Of a stretch of DNA of 64,000 nucleotides, positions 38,018 through 50,589 are shown piece by piece. The notes beneath the pieces are model-generated. The model was not told the DNA's origin. It did not search any database and saw nothing but the letters and a program-made list of their open reading frames with translations. Location of the stretch: assembly GCF_006345805.1 (NCBI RefSeq), contig NC_042999.1:150970001-151034000 (forward strand), read 5' to 3'. The translations under genes and the position numbers were made by a program. Position 1 is the stretch's first letter. The number at the start of each line of letters is the position of its first letter. The DNA is from Octopus sinensis. Its lineage: Eukaryota.

Positions 38018-41000
38018 TATACATATGTGTGTGTGTATATATATGCATGTGTGTGTGTATATATATGCATGTGTGTATATGTATATAATATGTCTGTGTG
38101 TGTGTTTGTATGTAATTTTTACTGCTGTATGTCTGTAAAAGACATATATATATAAATCAAATCAAATCAAATCAAATCAAACCAAAATAGATGATCATCA
38201 ATGGAATTTGTATCCTTGTGGTACCAGTGCCGGTGGCACATAAGAAAACCATCCGAACGTGACCGTAGCCAGTACCGCATCGACTGGCCTCCGTGCTGAG
38301 GGCACGTAACAAACACCATCCGAGCGTGGCCGTTCGCCAGCCTCGTCTGGCACCTGTGTCGGTGGCACATAAAAAACACCACCCGAGCGTGGCCGTCTGC
38401 CAGCCTCGTCTGGCACCTGTGTCGGTGGCACATAAAAAACACCATCCGAGCGTGGCCGTCTGCCAGCCTCGTCTGGCACCTGTGTTGGTGGCACATAAAA
38501 TCACCCACTACACTCTCGGAGTGGTTGGCATTAGGAAGGGCATCCAGCTGTAGAAACACTGCCAGATCTGACTGGCCTGGTGCAGCCTTTGGGCTTGCCA
38601 GACCCCAGTTGAACCGTCCAACCCATGCTAGCATGGAAAGCGGACGTTAAACGATGATGATGATGATTAGTGAGAAAACCAATAAATTGCTGCTCTCAAA
38701 CTAAAAATACCTCTTGGTATTTGTTTTGCTACATTACTCAAACACTCCCCTATTAGAAATTATCCCACCTCTATTGTTTTCTCTGATAATATCCGTAATC
38801 ATTTGTCAGATGCTATAATTGTCATTCTAACCCATTTTTTGGTTGGACCTTAAAATAACATTGTTAAAATTCTATCGTTTGTTTTTAATTGTAAAATACT
38901 GCGTTTAACGAATGTGATGTCTAATTTCAGCTTGAAATCCTGTTTTGTGTGCAAGATGATCAAGATCCAGCCATTGGTGTGGTTAAGCGCCTGCAGCAGA
39001 AATACCCAAAAGTTGACTCACACCTTTTTATAGGTAAATAATGTCTGTGAATGGCATTGTCATCATCTTTTACTTGTTTCAATCATTTGACTGTGGGCAT
39101 GCTGGAGCACCGCCTATTAGTCGAGCAAATCGCCCCCAGGATTTATTCTTTATAAGCCTGGTACTTATTCTGTTAGTGTTTTTTACCGAGCTGCTAAGTT
39201 GTGGGGACGTATATGCACCAGCATCAGTTGTCCGGAGTTGCGGGGAGCTCACAGACATACATATATATATATGATGGGCTTCTTTCAGTTTCTGTCTACC
39301 ACATCCACTCACAAGGCTTTGGTCAGCCTGAGGCTATAGAAGACACTTGCCCAAAGTGCCACGCAATGGGACTGAACCTGGAACCATGTGGTTGGGAAGC
39401 AAGTTTCTTACCACACAGCCACACCTGCACCTATATATATCTATCATCATCATTCTCTTCTTCAGTTAACATTTGTCTTCTATGCTTGCATGATTTGATA
39501 GAAGTCAGGCAAGCCAGAGAGCTCTACCTGGTTTCCATTATTTGCTTCAGTATGGTTTCTATGGCTGGATGCCCTTCCCATCACTAACTACTTTACAAAG
39601 ACATGAATGTAGAATGCTATGCAAAGCTTGTCAACAGTTATTGGCTACCTGATGTCATCATACAGTGGAAATGCTTCTGTTACTGGATATACACTAGGAA
39701 TTCTGTAGTGTTTATTAAAATGGATACATGATAGAAAATGGAAGGAACAGCATTCTTTAATTAAAACCTATATAATTGTTTCGACACATTTTTACACCTG
39801 TTGTACATTGATGAGATGTTGTGCAGTCATTATAGTAATAATCCGTTCTGCTATAGGTACAAGGACCAGTCAATTACATCGACCCCTGTGCGTAACTGGT
39901 ACTTAATTTATCGACCCTGAAAGGATGAAAGGCAAAGTTGACCTCAACAGTATTTGAACTCAGAATGTGAAGACAGACAAAACACTACTAAGCATTTCTA
40001 CCAACTCGTTGCCTTTTGTTATTATCATAATAATCCTTTCTACAATAGGCACAAGGCCAGGATTTTTGGAGGAAGGACAAGTCAATTACATTAAGCCCAG
40101 TACTTAACTGGTACTTAATTTATTGACCCCAAAAAGATGAAAGGCAAAGTCAACCTCGGTGGAATTTGAACTCAGAACATAGTGGCCGATAAAATACCTA
40201 TTTCTTTACTACCCACAAGGGGCTAAACACAGAGTGGACAAACAAGGACAGACAAACGGATTAAGTCAATTACATCGACCCCAGTGCATAACTGGTACTT
40301 AATTTATTGACCCCGAAAGGATGAAAGGTAAAGTCAACCTTGGCGGAATTTGAACTCAGAATGTAACGGCAGACGAAATACCGCTAAGCATCTCGCCCGG
40401 TGTGCTTACGTTTCTGCCAGCTCGCCGCCTTCTGTCATCATCATAATAATGATTACATAACATCTCACTTATGTACTACTGGTGTAACAATGTGTTGAAA
40501 CAATTGTAGGGATTTTAAATAAAAAATGTTGTTCATTCCATTTTCTGTCATTTATTTATACATGCAGAAATGCTTGCATGCATTCATGATGGGCTTCTTC
40601 AGTTTCCTTCTCTCAGTTTTCACTCACAAAGTATTTGTCAACCTATAGCTGACAATCTCCATGCAGTGGAATAAAACCCCCTAAATGAACTTCTTAACCC
40701 CACAACTATGTTTACACCTATATCCATACCTGTTCTTCTTAATTTATTATCTTCTGATTGAATATAATATAACCTTTTCTTCCCCTGATAATTCTAGGTG
40801 ATAAGAATGAAATTGTAAATCCTCTGGTGAAGAATATGTCTCCTGCTTACGCCGCTGCAAAATATGGTTACATTTGGGTCAGTACAAGCCGCATCAAAGG
40901 TTTGTGATAAGCTTCTGTCTTTTATCTTTTACACGTTTCAGTCATTAGATTGTGGCCATGCTGGGGCACCACCTTGAAGAAGCTTTAATTGAACGAATCG

Positions 41001-44000
41001 ACCCCAGTACATATTTTTTTAAAACCTGGGAGTTATTCTTTTAGTTTCCTTTTGCCGAACTGCTAAGTTATAGAGATGTAAACTCATCAACACTAGTTGT
41101 CAAGTGTTGGACAAATGCAGTCACACACACACACGCATGCACACACACATGCGTGCGTGACAGTCTTCCTTCAGTTTCTTCCTGCCAAATCCACTCACAA
41201 GGTGTTTTTGTTGGCCTGAGACTATAGTAGAAAAAAAACCTGCCCATAGTGCCACTCAGTGGGACTGAACCCAGAACCATGTAGTTGGAAGCAAACTTCT
41301 TACTACCAAGCCATACTTATGCCTATTTAATTTACACACACACACACACACACTAATATTGAACAGTGAGCATGAGTACATAAATATTCTTTATTTGTGG
41401 ATTAACAAGTCTACCATTGATTTCATGCCAAGAACTCCCAGTAATTATCAAACCTGCCAAATGAGACATTAATACTTGTCTCCATCTTGGTTAAATAAAT
41501 TATATACATATATATATATCATCGTTTATCGTTTAGCATCCATTTTCCATGCTAGCATGGGTTGGACGGTTCTACTGGGGTCTGTGAAGCCAGAAGGCTT
41601 CATCAGGCCCAGTCAAATCTGGCAGTGTTTGTACGGCTGGATGCCCTTCCTAACGCCAACCACTTCGAGAGTGTAGTGGGTGCTTTTTACGTGCCACCCG
41701 CACAGGTGCCAGACAGAGCTGGCAAACGGCCACGAACGGATGGTGCTTTTTATGTGCCACCGGCACGAGGGCCAGGCAAGGCTGGCAACGGACATGAACA
41801 TCATCATCATCATTTAACATCCGTTGCCCATGCTGGCATGGGTTGGACAGTTTGACCAGGACTGGCAAGCTGGAAGGCTGCACCAGACTCCAGCTGGATG
41901 CCCTTCCTAATGCCAACCACTCCGAGAGTGTAATGGGTGCCTTTACATTACCACCAGCACGGGTGCCATTTGTATGACACTGGTATCTGCCATGACTGCA
42001 ATTTTGCTCAGCTTGATGGGTCTTCTCAAGTATGACAAGTTGAACCCTCAAAAGGAGCTCAGCTACTGTTATATATATATATTCTTTTACTCTTTTACTT
42101 ATTTGTCATTTGACTGCAGCCATGCTGGAACACCACCTTTAGTCAAACAAATTGACCCCAGGACTTATTCTTTGTAAGCCTAGTACTTATTTTATCAGTC
42201 TCTTTTGTCGAACTGCAAAGTAACGGGGATGTAAACACACCAACATCGGTTGTCAAGCGATGGTGGGCGGACAGACACAGACTCAAATAACATATACATA
42301 TATATATGATGGGCTTCTTTCAGTTTCCATCTACCAAATCCACTCACAAGGCTTTGGTTAGCCAAAGGCTATAGTAGAAGTCACTTGCCCAAGGCGCCAC
42401 ACAGTGGGACTGAACCCGGAACCATGTGGTTGGGAAGCAAGCTTCTTACCACATAGCCACTCTTATATAAATAAATTAGAAAAAAACCACCTTTTATCAA
42501 TTCAAAATGAAAAATTAAATTACACCATCTATTATTATTATTATTATTATTATATATACTCTTAAATATTTAATAATACAATTTGTTATATATTTTTCTT
42601 CTGTTTGTTTTCAGCTAATTCTGATATTCTTTACGACATGGTTGGTAAAATATTGAAACCAAACGTTGGTCTTGTTCATCAAATGCCATTTACAACTGAC
42701 CAACCAGGCTTTGCAGCTGCTGTGGAAAAGGTAAAAGCATAATTTTAAAATATTTTTTGTTTCATGCTAACATAGAAAACAGATGTAAATACAAATGAAT
42801 TCTCTGTAACTTCTTAATTTAAAGTGTTCTGTTTTTTTCTCTATGAATAAAACGTTGCTGTCTTTCTTGATTCCAGGTTTACTTTGGCTGTGTTGTACCA
42901 AGATATTTCTTAGCCTTGAACTATCTTGGTTTTAACTGTTTTGTGGGCATGTCATACCTTTTGAGGAAAGCTGCTCTTGATGAAGCAAAAGGCCTTTCAT
43001 GGTATGGCCGGTATTTGGCGGAAGACTACTACTTAGGAAGAGCCATACGAGATCGGTAAATTAACTTATTTATTTTCTCAGCTGTTGTTAGAATGTTCAC
43101 TTCTCAACTACATGGTTTCCAGTTCAGTCCCTCTCTGTTGCGCAAAGAGGAAAACTGAAGAAGTCCTTTGTCTGTGTGTAGCTCCAGTGAAGTTATACAA
43201 TGATACTCAAGCATTCAACTAGGTGTGCATTGCATCTTATAGCAGAAACAACTGTGAGCTAATGAAGTTCAGAGCATAATTTTTTATTCCTCGTCATTTT
43301 AATTTCTTATTACTACTTTGCACATGACTGATGCTTCATTCTGAGTTCTAACACCAGCTTATTAGTATTGCTATGCCTTAGCATCATTTAACATCTATTT
43401 CCCATGCTGACCTGATTGGGACAATTTGACAGGAGCTAGCATGCGAGAGAACTGCATCAGGCTCCAGTTGTCTGTTTGACACTGGCAAAGGTGATGGACT
43501 GCCAGTTGGTTACAACAACGAGGGTTCCAGTTGATCAGAACAGAATAGTTGACTATAAATGTGGTGACAGTGGCAGCAATTATTGTTGTTGTTCATTATG
43601 TCCGGAAATTGATTTTGTGCCTAGTGAGAGAAAGTTGTGGTGAAAGAGTACAGCAGGGTTCACCACCACCTCCTGTCGGAGCCTTGTAGAGCTTTAGGTG
43701 TTTTCGCTAAATAAACACGATGCCTGGCTTGTGAATCGAAACTGCAATCTTACAACCATGAGTCCGCTGCCCTAACCACTCGGCTATCGTGCCTCAACTA
43801 CACACACACATATACATACAAACAAACAGACTGACAGGGACACAGGCAGATATAGAAAGGAAAAGAAAGATAATAGGTTGACAGGTAAAATTGATAACTA
43901 ACTTTGTTTAAACTAATTTGTAATAAAATTTTATCAACTAATTAAGATCTTTTATTTCTAATTACAGTGGATACAGTTTAGTGATATCAGCATTCCCTGC

Positions 44001-47000
44001 TCAGCAAAATGTTGGTCTCCTGTCAATGGCAAATTACAAGGACAGAATGGTCAGGTAATCTATAATCATTCAGTACAATCATTCTGTTTTGTCTATGCAT
44101 GACCAGATCAGGTATTAGGTGTTTTTGTAAGATGGTTCTCATCCAATGTGCCAACCATACCTTTGGGATTACCAATATAGTAATTGCCATCAGAAAGCCA
44201 CCCAGAAGATGGAATTTCTGCTAGTAATAAGAGTAATGATCTGTTTTACTACAGCAGGGGTCTCCAGACTGGTTGATATCGACCCCTGGGGGCCGATGGG
44301 ACTATTTAAGGGGTCGATAAATGCACATGTACTTAATTATTATTATTAGTAGTATTTGTTTACTTTCTTGTACATGCCTGGGGGTCGATGAAGGGATCAA
44401 TGTTCTAAAATGTTTGGGCCCTTGTACTATAGGCACTGAAATTTTGAGGGAAATTGCTAATCGATTACATCAACCCCAGTGATCGACTGGTACTTATTTT
44501 ATTGACTCCAAGAGGATGAAAGGTAAATCAACCTCAGCTGAATTTGAACTCAAGACAAAGATGGACAAAAACATCTTGCAGCATTTTATCCATGATGCTA
44601 ACGATTGTGCCAGGTCACTTTCTTAATAATCCTTTCTATCATAGACAGAAGGCCTGAAATTTTGGGGAAGGGGCCATTCGATTGCATCGACCCTAGTGTT
44701 CAACTGGTACTTATTTCATCGATCTTGAAAGGATGAAAGGCAAAGTCGAATCTGCTGAATGCTGTGAAATATTTTGCCCAGCATTCTAACGACTCTGTCA
44801 GCTCACCGCCTTGGTCACTGCTTCAGTAAAAACCACTCGTTTTTAGTAATAACTGATCAACAGTGTTCAACACACATGCTAACTTACGGAGTAACGAGCA
44901 AAATTATAATATGGTGATTAAGGGCAGTGAGTTGAAAGAGTCGGTATAACACCAGGCAAAATGTGAGAGAATCGGTAGAACACTGGGCATACTATGAGTT
45001 CTAATTCTGTTAGAGCCAGCGTTGTTTTTCATTCTTACAGGATGGAGTCATTGCTATGACAACCGATGTAGGCTTCTTTACGTTCCCATCAGGGCCGGTT
45101 CAGGATACTAGCAACTCGGGCAGTCGTCCGGGGCGTCTTGTGCTAGGATGCGCCAAGTAGGGCGTGACAAAGACAAGGAAATTTCCACGACTGTCAGCTT
45201 GTACAAGCCGAAGTTCAGCTTGTCCGGGACGCCAGTAACTCTAGGGCCGGACCTGGTCCCCATAACTTAACCGGAGGGCGGAGGTCGATTTGTTCGACCA
45301 AACAGATCAAGGCAAGCAGTCTGAAATAAGTGAAAGAAAGATGACATTTTAACGCAAATTTTTTATTTAGATCTTTTCAAAACAAAATAAGTTTGTGTTG
45401 TAGAAGCCAGAGTAGTCTCAGTTCAGTTTGATAGCAAAATGATTTTCGCCAGCGAAGTAGAACGTGTTTAGGAGGCTGTTTAATCAACAATATTCTACTC
45501 TCAAAACGAGTGGCCATGTTTATATACGCTCAACACCCTGAAGTATATGTTGCTCATAGTAAAGTAGTTTTACCTGAGATTCGAAACTGGCTATTCTATT
45601 TTCTGAGAATACAGTTCCTATCACAACCGCCATCAACAAAAAAGTGAAAGCAATAACACGTTAATAGTAAAAATTTCTGAATTTGTTATAAGAGTTATCT
45701 CCCCTGACCACAATTATTTTAAAATCGCAATTTTTAAAATCATTCTACGAAACCCGTTTTTCAAACATGCTGTTGTTATCGTGACAGATTTCCAATAGAA
45801 ATCAAATTTGGTTTTAAGCTGAAGCCTTTAGATACTATTGTATACATTATTGCTTCTGCTTTTCAATATAGTATGTGGTTTCTTGAAATATTAAAACGTA
45901 ATATTTTTTTTAAAATCACACTGTAATAATCCTTTCTACTCTAGGCACAAAGCCTGAAATCTTTGTGGGGAGGGAGCCAGTCGATTAGATCGACTCCAGT
46001 ACACAACTGATACTTAATTTATCTACCCCCAAAAGGATGAAAGGCAAAGTCGACCTTGGCGAAATATGAACACAGAATGTAGCGAAGTATTTCGACCAGC
46101 GTGCGAACGATTCTTTTCATTTCTACTCTAGGCACAAGGCTCGAAATGTTGGGGGTGGGGGCCAGTTGATAAGATCGACTCCAGTACGCAACTGGTACTT
46201 AATTTATTGACCACGAGAGGATGAAGGGCAGAGTCGACCTCAAAGTGAACTCAGAACGTAAAGACGAAATACCTATTTCTTTATTGCCCACAAGGGGCTA
46301 AACACAGAGAGGACAAACAAGGACAGACAAACGGATTACGTCGATTATATCGACCCCGAAAGGATGAAAAGCAAAGTCGACCTCGGCGGAATTTGAACTC
46401 AGAACGTAATGGCAGACGTTAGCCCGGCGTGCTAACGACTGCCAGTTCGCCACCTTAAATCGCACAGTAATAATGACGATTTTTATTTCCAATATAAACA
46501 CAAGAATTGAGAGGGAATTGTCAGTTATATCACGCCTGGTGCTGATATTTTATTTATTAGCCCTAGAAGGTTGAAAGACAATGTTGACTTTGGTAGGATT
46601 TGAACTCAGAATATAAAAAGCCAGAACATATAATACAAGACATTTTGTCTCACATTCTAACGAATCTGCCAATACACCAGCTATCAATAATCCCGTCTAC
46701 TATAATCACAAGGCTTGAAATGTTGGGGGTGGGACTTGTTGATTACATTGACTTTTAGTGCTCGGTTGGTACTTATTTAATCGGTCCCATAAAGTTGAAA
46801 GGCAAAACTGACTTTGGTAGAATTTGAACTCAGAATGTAAAGCCGGATGAAATGCTGCTAGACATTTTGTCCAGCTTGCTGCTTTACACCACCTATTAAT
46901 AATGGTTCAAATTTGGGCTCAAGGCCAGCAATTTTGGGGGATGGCGATAAGTCAATTACCATATTCTAACATGTATAAGGAACCCTTTTTTGCCAAAAAT

Positions 47001-50000
47001 TAGGTGAAAAAAATATAGGGGTTTCTTATACATGGATAGTAATTATAATCCCTTATAAAACCGTTTTTCCAAATTTTAAGCCCCCAAAATTAGGGGGTTC
47101 CTTATACACATTAAAATATGGTACAAAAACCCCGGTGCTCAAGTGATACATACCTTATCAATCCCAAATGGATGAAAGGCAAGGTTGACCCTACTGGAAT
47201 TTGAACTCAGAATGTAAAGACAGTGGAAATGCTGCTAAGCATTTTGCTTGGCATCCTAGCAATTCTCCCAACTCACTGCCTTTTGCCACTGTCCTTAACC
47301 CTTTTGATTCCAACCCAGCTGAAACCGCCTCTGGCTCTGTAATACAAATGTCTTGTTTTCATAAGTTTTGAATTAAGCTCTTCCACCAAACCTTAGTCAC
47401 AAGTAATGTTCCTTACACTAGCTTAATGATAACTAAGTTATTTTACTAAATTCTTTGTTATATTCAAAATTAATTGAAAAACACAGAGCATCTCAACAGA
47501 AATATGGCAACAAAAGGGTTAACAAATTATTAATTTAACCTTTTCAATACCAACCTAGCTGAAACCGCCTCTGGCTCTGTAGTACAAATGTCTTGTTTTC
47601 ATAAGTTCTGAATTAAAATCTTCCACCAGACCTTGGTCACAATTTACGTTCCTAATACTTGTCTTTGTCACGCCCTACTTGGCGCATCCTAGCACAAGAC
47701 GCCCGGGCGACTGCCCGAGTTGCTAGTATCCTGAACCGGCCCTGATGGGAACGTAAAGAAGCCTACATCGGTTGTCATAGCAATGACTCCATCCTGAAAG
47801 GATGAAAAACAATGCTGGCTCCAACTGAATTAGAACTCAAAATATGCCCAGTGTTCTACCGATTCTCTCATCTTGCCTGGTGTTATACCGATTCTTTCAA
47901 CTCACTGCCCTTAATCACCATACTATAATGATAACTAAGTTATTTTACTAAATTGTTTGTTATATTTAAAATTAATTGAAAGAAAGACAGAGCATCTCAA
48001 CAGAAATATGGTGACAAAAGGGTTAAAATATATAATAGAGAAACAAATCTTAACCCTTTTGACACCAACCTGGCTGAAACCACTTCTGGTTCTGTAGTAC
48101 AAATGTCTTGTTTTCATAAGTTTTGAATTAAAATCTTCCACCAAACCCTTGTTACAATTTATGTTCATAGCACTAGCTTAATGATAACTAAATTATTTTA
48201 CTAAATTCTTTGTAATGTTTAAAATTAATTAAAAGAAACACAAAGCATCTCAGCAGAAATATGGCAACGAAAGGGTTAATGACAATACTGATTTCTTAAC
48301 AGAGACTCGTTTTGTGTCAAATTTTGAGAGAAAAAGTTTAGTTGATACTATCAACCCCAGTACATAACTGGTATTTATCGATATTGAAAGGATGGAAAGC
48401 TAACTTGGCCTCAACCCGGTACTAATCTTGGCCTCATGGGCTATTTGGCAAATAGTTATGCGTCGATCTTCCAAAATGGCAGCCTCAACTTGACGGACAG
48501 ATGCCTCATCAATGGCAGAAGGGGGGGGGGGGCGACCAGATCTGGGAGCTGTTTCCACAGGGTTCTGACCATGTTTGAATTCACGATGCCAGCATTTTAC
48601 AAGGTCATATGATGGGGCATCATCACCATAAGTTACTTTAATTTCATCAAAAGTCTCCCATAGTGTGCGTCCTTTCAAATACAAGAACCGGATCACTGCT
48701 CGACACTCAACAGGCTCCATTTCACACTTGACTCAGTTCAAACACCTGTAAATCAGAAACCATAATTAGTTCAGAGCTGTAATTTGCCACTTAATCTATA
48801 GAGATATAAATAATTGCACATGCAAAATTTCAGCTAGATCAAACAACTGTAAGTGGGTCAGGGGCATTACTTATTGAACGCCCCTCGTACACTGGCACTC
48901 TGTTGTTTACGATGATGAGGGTTCCAGTTGATCTGAATAACGGAACAGCTTGCTTGTGAAATTAATGTGCAAAAACACACATATATACACATATACATAC
49001 ACAAAAACACATATAATGGGCTTCCTCATAGTTTGCATCTACTAAATTCACTCACAAGAAAATGACCAACCTTTAGTAAAAGTCACTTGGCCAAGGTGCC
49101 ATGCAGTGAGATTGAACCTGAAAGTACGTTGTCACAAAACCAAGCTTCTTCACCATGCCAGTGCCTGATTATTTATTTTTCTCTTTTGTTCTCCCTTTAC
49201 TTCCAGATGGCTGCGATTACGTTTCAGTATGATTCCTTTTGTTACAATTATCATTGAACCCTTAACTGAATGTCTACCACTGGGTCTTTATGGATCGTGG
49301 AGCATCCATCACTTTCTTGGTGTTAACCCTTATTATATATTTTCATTCCACATCTTAGGATGGTTGATTATAGATTATTTACAATTAAAGAATATACAGG
49401 TGAGTACATTAATTTCATTTTAATTATAAAAATATACAGGTGAGTGAGTACTTGTTGTCTTCATACATGTCCTCATTGTTTTAATATTCACTTTTCTATA
49501 TAAGGTTTCCATTCTTCATAACCAAACACATTTTACATCATCATCCAATGTTTTGTCTCTGAAAATTTTTTTTTTTTGGTGAACTGAGAGGCTGGTTTAT
49601 TAGAGACCCACCTCCATAATGTCACTTCTCTCTTTTTTTTATTTTTTGGACCAGGAGGAGATAGTGAGGTAATAGGGCCTTGCTTCGGTTAAGAGTAAAC
49701 ATGATAAATTTTGTCCTATTGTCCTATGCCATTGAGGTAGATCTATTGGCTGGATCTACCTCAATGGCATAGCAACCGAGGTAGGCAGGTGCAGCCCACC
49801 CCAACCTTTGGGCTGGTTGGTGCCCATTCTCCCTTGCTATCATGAGGCTTTTTCGTAGCTGGATTTTCTATGGAGAGCATGCCCCTGCTTACCCCCAACC
49901 TCAGTTCCTAGACATGGGTGGTCCTGAGACCGAGGCCTCTACCACGATTTTTAAGAAATGTGGTGGAAAACAAGCAATTAGAAATGAATAACACTGCTTG

Positions 50001-50558
50001 TATGACAGTGACACTCATTTACATCTATCATGCAATGTCAAGACAAGAAAACCCAAACACACACATGCACACACACATACATACGCATTACTTACTTACA
50101 TACATACATGGCTCTCACATGCGTACATAAGCACCTGTGCTGGTGCCATGTAAAATTCATCTATGTCAGTGCCACTTAAGAAGCACTCATACTAGCACCA
50201 CATAAAAAGCATGCATGCCAGCATCATGTACAATGCACCTGTGCTGGTACCACATAAAAAGCACCCAGTACACTCTGTAAAGTGGGTGGTGTTAGGAAGG
50301 GGATCCGGCTATAGAAACTATGCCAAAATAGATGACAAATACACACAAACACACATAAAAATATACCACATGCTATAATGTGATATAGAATATAGGATAT
50401 AACACACGCAACCATTATTATGTCTTCTAAGCAACATTATATCCATTTTCAGTTAACTTTCCTCCCTTTTAATATTTTCTGTTGCCCTCAGTGTTTGACT
50501 TTGTGTTTAAAGCTGTTTGTGTGAATATAAAACCATTTGGATTATTAATCAACATCTT

Positions 50559-50589
<31 letters not shown>

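Noticed and set aside
38310-38500. CRISPR-like regular repeats
   Set aside because: Units are contiguous with no unique spacers, lie inside a SINE-like element, and the DNA is eukaryotic with no cas genes.
40824-42897. A-to-I editing restoring the missing UGCG catalytic residues
   Set aside because: CTG, ACA and GTA cannot become Lys, Asp or His codons through A>G changes.
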